Part shown: in pieces, positions 1-12,400 of the stretch | Layout: each line of letters opens with the position of its first letter | How positions within the stretch are numbered: position 1 is the stretch's first letter | DNA from: Antedon mediterranea | Taxonomy: Eukaryota; Animalia; Echinodermata | DNA length: 64,000 bases | Assembly (NCBI RefSeq): GCF_964355755.1 | Contig: NC_092677.1 | Coordinates: 4,362,101 to 4,426,100, forward strand | Direction of reading: 5' to 3' | Notes under the pieces: model-generated | Database searches by the model: none | What the model was told of the DNA's origin: nothing | The model's input: the letters and a program-made list of their open reading frames with translations, nothing else | Made by a program: the position numbers and the translations under genes

Positions 1-882
1 TTTTGTTTTACCAATAGAACGCTGCCGCCAATTTGTGAATTATCTTCATTCTCAATATGTGATGCAATGTGATTGCCCAGTTGCTTGTCAGTAAGTTAAA
101 CTCGCCTCTGGTGATAACACTATGTTGAATTGAATTATAGTTATCACAAATTAAACAATATCATTGTACTGAAACGTATGGCATATTATGTAGGTGAGGT
201 CCTCTAATAATTCCTATTTTTGTTATTTTTAGTGGAATTACATAATGAAAAGACCGTATCACAATCACTTTGGCCTTCTGACAGATATGTGGTAGGTTTG
301 CTGGTGGTTCTTCGTGCGAAGTATTTAATAATACAGTACACTGTAAAAAATATATGCTTAGTTTTCCCCTAAAAGTGGGTGCTACCAGGCTGCCACCAAT
401 TAGTGGAGTAAACTCTGATTTCCCCCTTTGGGAAATGTTACCCAAAATTGGGAAAGTGAATGTTTCCTTGGCCAGGGAAAGCTAAGTTTACCCGGGTATT
501 TCGGGTTACATTACCCAACTTTTAATGAAATGTTTTTTTACACCAGTTTTTGGTGGCAGCAAAGTAGCAACCAACTATTTTGGGTAATCTGGTTACACCA
601 AAATGTCGGTTTAAGTTGGTTTTCCTCAAAAACAGAAACAAAATAGAAAAGTATATTTAAGAAATCACATGATTTTTTATTGATCAAAATTAAACATAAA
701 TTTGCAGAGGTACCAAATTGATTCAAACAAAAATGTTTATTAAATATAGCCACCATGTACTATTCTATTCTAAAATATTATTTCAAAATCTTTTATTTTT
801 AATGAAAATGTATTAGGCCTACTTGCATAAAAAAACACAGAAATTAACGTGGTCTGCATTAAAGTGAGCTGGCCATTTGTTT

Positions 883-3800
883 TTTTTTGTCTTGTGTGAG
901 TTCTTCTCACGTTTATTTAAATTCTCATTGATGAATATATTATATACATATAAGTACATTTGTGACAATTAAAAGTAAGTGTTTAGAGAGTTAAAATACC
1001 GGTATATTTACATAATAAGATGCCAGAATTCATTATATTAACCATATATTTTCTCATTTAAAATTTTAGATACGATGTTAATTAAAATGTAGAAATGAAA
1101 AATGGCGGTAAAATACATGATTAAAATTGTCTTGTTAAACTATCTTATTTGTGATCTTATTTGTGTTCGAGTTTGTGTTCGAGTAGAGAGGCTATAAACT
1201 CAGGGGAGGAAAATGTAGTATCCTCCCTTTTCACCAAGATAAGATGGATGGTATGAAAAAAGAGGAATGCAGTAGGTTGAAAGTTAGTTATTTAGAATGA
1301 TAGCATGAAATGGTATATTTAATGGAAACCGTAAGGTTAGAGTCCATACACGATGCAAGTCCAAGATGCAATTTTGGCTCTGTGTGTATGTGAGACGCTT
1401 CATACCCGATGTCATCTTAGTACAACTACTACTTACAATTTGTATTTACGGTATAACATATTATAGTAGTATAGAAGTATATATATTGAACAAATACACA
1501 TACCTATAGATTAAATTGACATGTATACGATATAAAATAATGCAAATATAGAAAGATATATATGTTAAACAAATACCAATACATACAGATTATATTGACA
1601 TGCTACATGTATTTGAACTATTGTCATCTTAAAAAGGTATACTGTATGTGATGCTTATAAACAGATTTTACGTTGATATGCAGGATTTGTGTCCATTATG
1701 ATAAGGTAAGAAAGAAAAAGGAATCGATAAAATAATTAAATTATTAACATCAAGTCTTTAGATAGTTTTAATAATTTATCTTTTAGGTTATTCGTCCATT
1801 TCTTCTGAGCCTTATGTAAATTATTCATAAATTCATTTGTTAATAAATGCTTTAATTCATAGTAAAATAATCTCAAAATTATTTTTGATTCCTGATTTTG
1901 TTTCTTTTCTTTTCTTATTACTAAACACGATTTATAGATGCAAAAAGTAAATATTGAAATAAGTTCATTTACAGTTTTCGTTTCCGATCCTTTAACAATA
2001 TTACGCCAGGTTATATCAATCTTTTGTACAAAACAGTTTGAGATCAAAAACTTAAATACAATCCATATGGGTTTAATCTTATTACATGAAAATAACAAAT
2101 GTTTTTCATTTTCAATTTCACTATTACATCTTTCACATATGTCATTTATTGAAAGTTTCCAAATTTTTAACTTACTTTTACACGCAAGAATACGATGTAG
2201 TAGTTTGAAATTGAATTGCGCGACTTTTGTGATATGTGTCATAGAAAACACCTTGTTATACCATACGGTATCCCATGCAAAAGTGTAATTTTGAAATTCT
2301 ATCTCCCATTTTTCTTGTGCTATAGGAGTTGATATTATATTTTCCACAAATAAATTATAAAATAGTTTTGCATTAAGTTGTTTTGTATGAAGCCAAAAGC
2401 AATCGGTGTTTGTTTGATTATTTACATGTTCACCATTCAAAATAATTTCCTTCCATGATTGTGGTATAGCATTCATTAGCCCTATATATTCAATTAATCC
2501 ATTTTGTTTCTGTGATAGTAATGGTAACACTTCATTCATTGGTAATAATATATTCTCCTTAATAATGTCATTCATTGTTCTAAAGCCTGCATCAAGCCAA
2601 ACTTTGAAATAGATTGACTTTCCATTTAACTGTATACATTTATTTTCCCACAATTGTTGGTTTTTAACGTCTTCAATGTTTTGTGGGTCAGACCAGTTAA
2701 AGTTGTTAATATTAACTATAGCAATTATCATTTCTCTATAGAAAACAGGCAATAGTTTTAGATCAGAATGCTCTTCATTGTTAATTTGAGTGATATTAAC
2801 AGTATACTTAATAGGGTGCATAAAATAACTCGGTATACATTTCCATTTTCCTGGATCTGGGCTAAGGAGTCGCTTAACCCAGTTTAACTTCAATGCTTTG
2901 ACTTTTGCATTCAAATTAATCATATTTAAAACACCTTTATGTGTTTTCTATTGAGTGTGGTTCTTTTAATCTTTTCTCGTCTACCACTCCACATAAAACT
3001 ATATATTATCTTTTCCACCTTGGGCAAGATATATTTTGGTACGGTTATAATGCTAGCATTGTATATTAGTTTAGATATGGCTAGGGTTTTAATTATAATA
3101 ATTTTTCCAAAGAACGTAAGATTTCTTCTTTTCCATAATCCTAAGATATTTTCTAAAGAAATAATCTTATCGTCCCAGTGTTTCTTTTCACATAATTTGT
3201 TATCGTATCCAACATAAATTCCTAGAAACTTTACAGGTTTCTTTGTCCATGCAATATTACATGGTTCTGACATATTATGTTTACTCGCACCAATCCACAT
3301 ACCATTTGTTTTTCCTTTGTTCAATCTTAAACCTGATATTCTACAGAATAGCTCAATCTCATGTAAAAAGCAGATTAACGTTTCTTTATCTTTTGTAAAG
3401 ATGATAGTATCGTCTGCAAGCTGAGCTATCTTAACAGTACATTCTTCATCATTTATATTTGGCAATTCAATTCCTTTACATAGGGGATTGTTCCGTATGT
3501 TACAGGCCATCAATTCAACTACCAATATAAATAACAAGGCCGATAAAGGACACCCTTGTCTTATTCCACGTTCCATATTAATGCTTTCCGACATCCAACC
3601 ATTATTTACCATTATACTTTCTGTATCAGTATATATTACTTTAATCCATTTAATAAAAGAAGGACCAAATCCAAATTTTGTTAGCGTTTTTAACATTAAA
3701 TTTCTGTTTACCGAATCAAACGCTTTTGCAAAATTTGTTTTTGATATTAGTAAAATAAAGTATATCTTCTACAAGTCTTATGTTTTCACCACCAAATCTT

Positions 3801-5374
3801 CGAGTAATGTAACCTTTTTGATCAGAATGTATAATAGTTGATATTACTTTTTGTAATCTGATTGATAGAACATGAGCTAATATCTTATAATCTACATTAA
3901 TGAGTGTGATAGGTCGCCAGTTTTCTAACTTCTCTCTTTGTCCACTTTTGAAAAGTAATTGAATTATACCTCTCCTTTGTGAATTTGAAAGTATGTTGTT
4001 GTGATAATTATAGTTCAGAGCTGTACACAGCATTTCTTTTATATGGTCCCAAAACTTTCTGTAAAATTCAACACTCAAGCCATCAGATCCTGGGCTTTTA
4101 TTAAGGTGCATTTTTAAAACAGCATTTGTGCATTCATCAACTGATAATAATCCCTCACATTTAGTATAGTCATCAATTGAAAGTTTGCTTACATTTGATC
4201 TGTTTAAGTACTCATTAATTTTATGATCAGGGATATTTTTTTTTGCATATAGCTGTCTGAAGAAACTTACTTCTTCCTTTATAATTTCAGATGTGTCTGA
4301 TGTGTATTTTCCATTACTTTTTAATACTGAAGTAATGTGTTTTCTTTTTGCGTTGGATTTTTCTAATCCTAAAAAGAATTTAGTGTTTTTTTCTCCCTTT
4401 TCAAACCAGTCCAATCGGGATCTAATTTGGGCACCGTGTGCTTCAATTGAATATATATCATTAAGCTCTTTCTGGATGTTGCTTAATTGGATATTTGTTT
4501 CATCATCATATGCAATATCAAGTTTATTTGTTAATTCTTTGACTTTTTTGAACAATTCTTCTTTATTAACTTGTCTTTTTTGTTTCTTTTGTTTACAATA
4601 TGTGCTAGAAAATGTTTTGATCTTAACTTTTAGGTATTCCCAGAGGAGGTCCGGGCTAAGATTATTTTCATTATTTTTTACATTTCTAATTATTCTGATT
4701 ATGTTTACATTGTAATCATTATCATTTAGAATGCTGTTATTAATTTTCCAAAGTCCAGGACCTTTTTCTGCTTGGTGGTTTACAATTTTAAGAGAGATTG
4801 CTTGATGATCAGAACAGATAGATGGTCTAATGTCGCAAGACACAATTTCACCATTTTTATAGAGGGCGTTCGAAACACACCAAAAATCTAACCTTCTGTA
4901 TGTTTCTTTTCGTCTCCACGTATACTGAGTTTTGTTTTTGTGGCATTGTCTCCATATGTCAATTAGTTTATGATTACGCATACAATTTTTTAATATTTGT
5001 GGCGAGTTATCATAAGTATTTACACTGTTCTTTTGATCAAGATTACGTTGTAATATACAGTTCATATCACCGCCAATTATGATATGCTCATCAACACTAC
5101 AAAGAGAATCGATCTTCTTTTCAAGTTTCTTAAAGAATAACGATCTTTCTTTGTAATTATTTGGCGCATACACATTTATTAAAGTAAAAATTTGTCCGTT
5201 ATATTCTAAACTTAAAATAAGTATTCTACCTTCCTCATCTAAGTATTTACAACTGATGTCTTTTATGTCAAAATTCGACTTAAATAGCATTGAAACGCCT
5301 CTGCTATTTGTCGTTCCAAAGCTATGGAAAGTGTATCCCTTCCATAACGTATTGTAACATTTCACAGATTTTAT
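883..5374 (-). mobile_element. 5'-truncated L1/Tx1-clade non-LTR retrotransposon nested in the CACTA element
   Basis: 14-bp TSD CTGGCCATTTGTTT at 869-882 and 5375-5388. Short poly(A) (T-run 883-888) and AATAAA on the minus strand (912-917). ORF2 fragments with APE, RT and zf-RVT motifs. No ORF1; about 850 bp of 3' UTR. Confidence 0.92.
1736..5365 (-). pseudogene. LINE ORF2 (APE endonuclease, reverse transcriptase, C-terminal Cys/His zinc knuckle), broken into three ORFs
   Basis: APE motifs SRGV, NVYAPN, IIGGDMN, RLDFW, SDH. RT motifs KSPGSDG, NWRPITLINVDYKILA, RGIRQGCPLSALLF, QLADDT, FLGI. zf-RVT motif FKLLHRIL..CERC..HLLFSC. Frame breaks near 3735 (a deletion just before the FAKAFDSV motif) and near 2926. 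The ORF starts inside the APE domain. Confidence 0.93.
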
Positions 5375-8300
5375 CTGGCCATTTGTTTAAACATTCTTCA
5401 ATTAAATTACTTGAACCGTCACCTGCAAAATACAATTTAAATCAAAGATAATCAACTAACAACCTAACTGGGCTAGATCATGTCGGCTACATTTAGGCAT
5501 ACAATAATAATAAATAACAATAAAAATAATGTATTCATACGGAAATCTAGGCTAAGCAATGTAAAAGTCATCAGGCCTAGACCAAGCCTACTAGGCGAGG
5601 CTGATTACACTTCACAGTACCCTCGTGTACTGGGCGCATACAGAGCAGTGAGCCCACCAGTTAGGCTAAACTTAACTAGGCTCTAGGCCTAGGGCCTACT
5701 TTTAAGCTTACCTTATTTTTTCATCTTTTACTCTGTGGCTGATAAAATCTACTTCAGCTGTATATTAAACAGTAGGCTTTTCTGATACAAAAATAGGTCT
5801 TATATGCAAAATAAAATTGATTATTAAAAATATGGACTTGTCCACGCGACAGTCGTCATATCGTATGCTTTCCGTGAATCCAGGGTAATACAATTCTTGC
5901 ACATTTGGGAGAAACTTTTCCGGAAAAAGTTTACCCCTTTCGTAGTGTAACCGTCGGACTTTACCCATGCCGAATGTGTAACTTTATTAGATTACCTCAA
6001 AAGAAGGGAATATTATAGTTTCCCACTGTGGGGTACTCACAATCTTAAAAACTTACACCTAAATTGAAGGAAAAGGAGAGTTTACTCCAAGGAGGAAACA
6101 AATTTACACGAAAATATGGTGTAAAATCCGAATTATTTTTTACAGTGTATAGAATAAAACATTATTACGAATGGACTATAACTAATGCTGATTACTGAAT
6201 TACTATAACATGTTTAATCTTCTAGAAAACTTTGCTTGATAGTATTTACGTCCTTGATCCAAGATACAGTGAACATTTATTGTGCTTGATATCAATTTTT
6301 TAGACTGTATACTGGAATTTTTACAGGTCTTTTTTTGCATAGTTAATGTAGATTGTAGAGGTTATTATGCCTTATATCAACCTACCTGTTTGTCTTGAAC
6401 TATTTACAAATTGTAAATTAAAAAATCAATCGATGCATGTTTTTTAATTTTTTTTTAAATACACAATTCTGCAATACTAAATAACGTTTTAGTTTTATTA
6501 TTATTTAGCATTATTTTTCTTTATTTATTTATACTACAAATTTTATGAATATGTATTGTTATATTCCAAGATGTATTTTAAGTGGAGAGAGGCACTATAT
6601 GTCAACATATCATATTCATGGTCTCCTTCCCATGACGGTTGTTACATAATGCTTTGCATTTCTTTTTATTTTTTCAAAATTGTATTTATATGATTCATAT
6701 GGACATTTTGTCTGAAATAAAGTTGAATTGAATAGTAAGCCTATTCTAATTGTTAAGCTTACTATTCATAATAAGATTTACTTGTGTTTTTAAGTCCTGA
6801 TGATAACTTATTATCCTAATAAATAAAATAGCCTAAATTTTAGAGACCTACCAAAAATCAAACGATGTATGCATTATCATATAAACTTTCAAAACTTTCT
6901 AGTGTGCATGCGTAGTTTAATACAATATAGTGCCCTCTATTAATTTTCCAGTCAAGGGCTGTTGGCGCGTTCTCTATTATGTCATAATTAATCATGAATT
7001 ATTCATGATTTCTGCCCACGTTCGTCCTGGAAAAAAAAATTACGCGGGCTGTTGAAGTGCAGTTAGAAACAGTGTTTTTCAGGACACAGTAAATTGCTTA
7101 GTTTTAAAGCATTAGGCTAGCAAAGACACGCTATCGTATTGATCTGCTACCGTACCATCAGTACATTGGCCAATTAATTTTGTCTTAATCTCACATAAGT
7201 GGCGTTGATTAAGTGGGCCTCTCCAATACATAATTATGAATTCCCTAATCAAATTAGCAAACCTCAAAGTCAATAGTATAATAGCATTTTGTATTAATGT
7301 ACACGTACGCTTGATGTGTGTTGATCGTCGCAATTTGTTCATTTTGTTGCTACTGCGCTGCTTGATACAACGATTACTAATAAGTTCTCGTAATTGGACG
7401 CCCACAACCGTATCCATGGAAACGCATCAACTATTTAAAAAAATTGTCGCGTTATGTATTATGGCTTTTAAGAATGCGATATCTTATAAAGACGACACAT
7501 CTCAATAATTCTGTTACAAACAAAATCTAAATCTACCCGACAATAATGGAAGATTGTTGTTGAAAACACAAGATGAGTGATAAAGAAACGTTTGAAGAGA
7601 TAACTTCTAAATTCGGTACAAGTAATTGCCTTCTACATCAAAATGTCAATAATTTAAAGATCGATAAAGATCTGAATAACATAAAAAAACAAAATCCAAT
7701 AATTGTAACTTTGTACATATTAGTTTTTTTCTTCACATTAATACAAAATTGTTTAAAATTCCTTTTGGGTTAATCTAATGGACATTCTATAGACCTTATT
7801 ATTATATTACCTTGTTTTATCGTTGTTTGTGTGATTTATACTGTAGCTAGGATTAGTACGTTCAATTAAAATATGTTTACATGATCAAAAAAAAAACTTT
7901 CATAATATAGAATAATACAGGTTACATTCCAATTTAATCAAGTACAATATATACTATAATTTTAGTAGCATCTTTTTGCATCCTTAAATAGTAGCTATAA
8001 TAAAAAAAAAAGTCGATATGTAATATAGGATCATAGTAAAAATATGCATTGTCACCAAAAATGTTTATTATTGACAAATGTGTAAAATGAGGACAACTAT
8101 AGTACTATTTTATTGTTTGAACTTAGAAATGGAAAAAAAAAATCGATCATTTTAATCAAATTTATTTTCGAAATTCTTTTTCATTATAGATGGCCTTGAG
8201 AGCTAACCGAAAGACATGGCAACAATTGAAGGCAGCTAGTCACCAACAGCAACAGCAACTATGGAACATGGAACCAATCAAAATGTCCTAAGCAAGTCAT

Positions 8301-8556
8301 GTCGTCTGCTGAAGATACAGTTACATCAATTGGTGTTTACTCCCTCTTCCAAAATTATTGATTTTTCTTTTACTAAATTATGAATTATATTTGTCAGACA
8401 AACATTTATTGTGTATTTAGATGAAAATGTAAATAAACAAACATGTTGTAATTGAAATGCTGTATTTTGTGTATTTAATATAATATAGACTTCTTTCTAT
8501 GTATAAAATTACTTTTACACTTCACATTTTGTTCTTTCAATATAAGTTTTAATATA

Positions 8557-8762
8557 AACTAGAAAGGCACTTCGAGAGTGCAAACCTCGCCTAGCCTAGG
8601 CATATGAAAATGTATGTTTCCATACAGCTATGAAACCATCCTTTAACATTTTATGTATTTATAACCTTTTGACTAATCTTCCTAACAAATAGAAAGAAAC
8701 GAACAAACAAATGCACACACGTGATCGACCACATAACCTCTCACCATTTTGGGCGAAGGTAA
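8557..8762. mobile_element. Short Helentron-associated (HINE/DINE-like) non-autonomous element; second copy at about 39368-39574
   Basis: Begins AACTAGAAAGGCACTTCGAGAGTGC (hairpin) followed by ACCTCGCC. Has an internal (ACAA/AGAA)n microsatellite-like tract. Ends ACATAACCTCTC(G/A)CC...GGCGAAGGTAA (subterminal inverted repeat). Family assignment is by architecture only. Confidence 0.55.
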
Positions 8763-9498
8763 CAACAATTACATACGAGAAACATTAATATCAACTGTTA
8801 AAAGGGTAATATCAACAGACCGAACACGTTATTTGATTGGCTTGGTCATGATCAGCGCGCGGAAGCATGATTAACGGTGAATGTGAATCTACCTATGTGA
8901 TTGGTCACTTGTGCGTTGCGCGTACTTTCTTGCATATCATTATACCGTAGTGTCTACAATCATAATCGCAATATACAATACAAGTACTCGTATAGTATTC
9001 GTATTTTAAATTGCGTTGTTGCTGTAAAGTATTTAGTAAAACCAGAGATAGAGTTATAATTACATTTACATATTGTAAGAAAGTGTGATGAACAATGAAT
9101 ATGTCTTCTAATTAACTGGCAAATGTTAGGCTTAGGAAATTCTCAAATGATTAGAAATATCGATCGGATTTCGAATAAATATCTTCTTAAATAATGTTAC
9201 AATAATCTGGAAGACGCTCATTTTAAAGTTTTTTGCAGATAACAAGCATCGTTCTATCGGAGACTAGTAATTTATTATAAAACATAACAGGTTTCCATTT
9301 TTATTTTGCCTTTCCGTTTACGAAAAAAGTATCACGACCTACGCGGGAAAAACGAATATTGTCTGTGATATCTATATATTTTCGTAACTTTACGAATTGT
9401 ACGTCCACGCTTTATATAAGAGACGGGTAGATGCATTGGTTGACACAGCTAGGGCCAATTAAGAAACGAAATCAACATTGAAATTGGCCTAAAAAAAT

Positions 9499-12400
9499 AT
9501 GGCTCAAGAAGAGGACTCTGTACTTGGAATAAGTCGAAAGTTCGGAGAAAACACTTCTTCACATGGTATACCACGGATAGTAGCGTCAAAATCGTATTTT
9601 GGAAAGATCTTCTGGAGTTGTTTGTATGTTGCTTCTCTAGAAGCGTTCACTTGGCAGGCCTATGTTCTCATCGATACATACTTCAAGTTTGAAGTTTCTA
9701 TCAAAGTAAGTCGAATTCAAAAGGTGTATAGTTTAACTTCACTCAAGGGCTATACATACAAAATCGAGGTTTACACTTTTGTACATTTAAAGCTCTGTCT
9801 GCACCATCAATTTTTGTGAAAAAAAAATTTGATGTGCCCATGTATAGACACGATGATGTCATATCCCTACCATAGTGGACACATCACATTATTTTGGTTG
9901 TCTAAGTAGTTTGATAGTGTAGACAGAGCCCAAGGAACTGCATTCATACGGCCCTTTTGTGGTCAATTGAATAATGACCCGATATTCCTTTATAATAGGC
10001 CTATAGTAACTTCTACATTTAGGCCTAACATCAAATTCATACATTTGCAGGGCTTTAACAGTAACGTTTGACTTATTTCCATTTTTGTAGAACTGAAATA
10101 GCAATTCTTTATAAAAGATTAAATCAAATTATTAATTACGCAAATTTATATTAGAAAAGAAATGAATTTCTTGAAGTATTTCTTGTTTTGATTTTATTCG
10201 TTCAGTAATTAATTAATAAAACGAATATTTCTTGCTTTGCTTTTATTTATTTTTGTCAGTACGTCGTTGAAAACTCAGACGCCAGACCCTTGCAATTTCC
10301 CGCCGTTACCTTGTGCAATACAAATCAAGTTCGCCGGTCTGTTTTGGCGTTACGTCATGAGTATGAGATACTATCGTCCATTGAAAACTACACAAATCAT
10401 TTACAATATTACGGTAAAACATTTTTTATTAGTATTTTGCGTCAATGTTTTGTTTTGTCAGCTCTGTCTTTATGGGACAAAAAAAAAGTGATGTGTCCAT
10501 ATATGGACCCGATGATGTCATATCAGTACCATCACACTTTTTTTTACACAAACTAGTTTGATAGTTTCTTTATTTTTTTATACCATATTTAATGAGGGTG
10601 ATCCATCCAGCAATTGCTGATCATTAAGGGCCCTCAGAGGTTCACAAGACAAACATATAGGCCTACACAAGATGCTCTACATAAACAAAGTCTTTATTAC
10701 AAGTCTTTGGGAATGGAGTCCTTAGAAAAATCCTGACATGTGACAGGACTTGAACTCAGGAACCTTGGAGTGGTAGCCAAGTATCATAACCACCAAGCCA
10801 CAACTCCACTCCACTCTCTAGTGTAGACAGAGCTTAACGTTTAATATATCATATATCAACGTGATAATAGTTTCTTCGATGGACTTCTCAAAACTTTGAA
10901 AAGAAGTGCTTTTGTAGGTCAGATCAGTGTCTACATTCAATTCTATCAATACTATTTCACACTTCCAAATGGCCCTGTTCCATTTTACCATTAAGGACCT
11001 AATAATTGTTTAGTCAGAGCGAATACATCTCTATGGTAAGACTTTTTTTCCCAAACCTAACGCTTTATCTTTGCTTCTCTATCTGAAAAAAAAAACATCA
11101 ATGGGTGTATGTAGGCCTAAATATGTATTCACATTTGTTTCTGCAGCTCCGTGTAAGGCTGGAGATTTTCATTGCGACAACAACAAGTGTGTTAAAGATT
11201 ACAGGGTGTGCAACGGTATTGATGATTGTGGTGATAAGTCAGATGAACAAAACTACTGTCTACCTGAAGGTAAGTATTGGAATTTTTATCCACCCGTAAA
11301 ATGATGGAACGCACGAGTATTATTGATAATTTAGTAATAATTTTTAACACCGCCATTGCTGTCTTTCTGTGATTGCGCTAGTTACAATCCGTTATGCATG
11401 AGTAATTATTAGTGAATGACGTAATGCATAAAGTGTAAGATTGTATTCGTGGTCCACTGCGAATTCCGGTAAATGCGTCTTGCTTTTAAAAAGACAGTGT
11501 GTCTAAATAAAGTACGACGAATGTATTTAGCTGAATATCATTGTTTTGTACTTGTCGTCAGAAAAGAGTATTGACCGACATAATATTTCATTACTAATCA
11601 TTATTATATTTATTTAGCATTATTTCCGTGTCGAACTGGGTACAAGCGGTGTCAAATTGGAGGAGAATCCGGTTATTGTATTAGCGAAGACAGATGGTGT
11701 GATAGAAATGTAGATTGTTACGACGGAGAAGACGAAGTTTGTACAGCGAATGACAGTGAGTAACATTAAAAAAATTAAATTACCCAACTTCCTTAACATA
11801 TTACTCCTTAAAATCAGAATAACAATGGAATATATATTAGGAAGAAGTATAAAATCATTGTATTTATCATTTCAAAATGAAATGAATAAAAGTAGTGGTT
11901 AATGCCATTAAAAACCATTTCTTACCGTACGAGGTATTGTGCATGCGCACTAAATCCTGGTGGTGAATTGCCGCATCTCCCATTGTCGGACTTGCGCGAA
12001 GAAATAATGTAATTTGTATACAGTTGTAAATAAAGATGATTTTCATTATTATAATTTATACCAATGTATATTTAATTAAGCTAATATAAATATAGATATT
12101 TCATTCTTCAATATCTGGCCAATATAACAACTCAATGACTGTTACGTTTTTTATAAACATCGTTTAAAAACCATTTAGTCGACCATTTAGTCTGCCCCCT
12201 CCAGGACTAAAAAAATCTATCAAAATCCGTCTCGATTTAGTCGAGGTTGGCCTGATTTAGTCGGTAATTTAGTTGAAGTTCGGTTTATGAATTAAAATGA
12301 CGTCATTTTTTTAGTTTTAGCTCGAACTACGACTAAAGTCCGGTTTAAGAATACGGGCGATAAACTATTCGCGCATGCATACTTATCAACCATCTATTAA

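Larger units (their letters stand above)
339..6147. mobile_element. Non-autonomous CACTA/CMC-EnSpm-type DNA transposon (about 1.3 kb without the nested LINE)
   Basis: 14-bp terminal inverted repeats CACTGTAAAAAATA (339-352) and TATTTTTTACAGTG (6134-6147), with TA on both sides (337-338, 6148-6149). The empty site atacagTAtagaata is present in copy C near 35817-35831. Many short subterminal TTACCC/TTACAC and GGGTAA/GGGAAA motifs occur at both ends. CACTG termini with a 2-bp TSD fit animal EnSpm elements. Confidence 0.85.
18..6280 (+). pseudogene. 3' remnant (exons 14-16) of a C-type LDLa-DEG/ENaC channel gene (copy C0), disrupted
   Basis: Exons 18-90, 233-291 and 6226-6280 and their introns are nearly identical to copy C (35505-35955). 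Exon 15 is 59 bp instead of 58, giving an in-frame TAA at 243-245. Intron 15 holds a 5.8-kb insertion. At 6275-6280 the sequence jumps to the equivalent of 37102, so about 1.15 kb including exons 17-18 (TM2) is missing. The 5' part lies outside the window. Confidence 0.9.

Noticed and set aside
1938-5082. Plus-strand ORFs overlapping the LINE, and similar ones opposite the Academ ORF (58681-61573)
   Set aside because: Antisense shadows of long coding frames with no independent evidence.
7112-7773. Short ORFs of 66-101 aa repeated at 37981-38583
   Set aside because: No recognisable motifs. They recur only because of the segmental duplication, and their stops and frames differ between the copies.
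10735-10812. tRNA gene on the minus strand
   Set aside because: A and B boxes are present, but there is no convincing acceptor stem. It continues into a body and A-rich tail and interrupts a MITE, so it is a SINE head.
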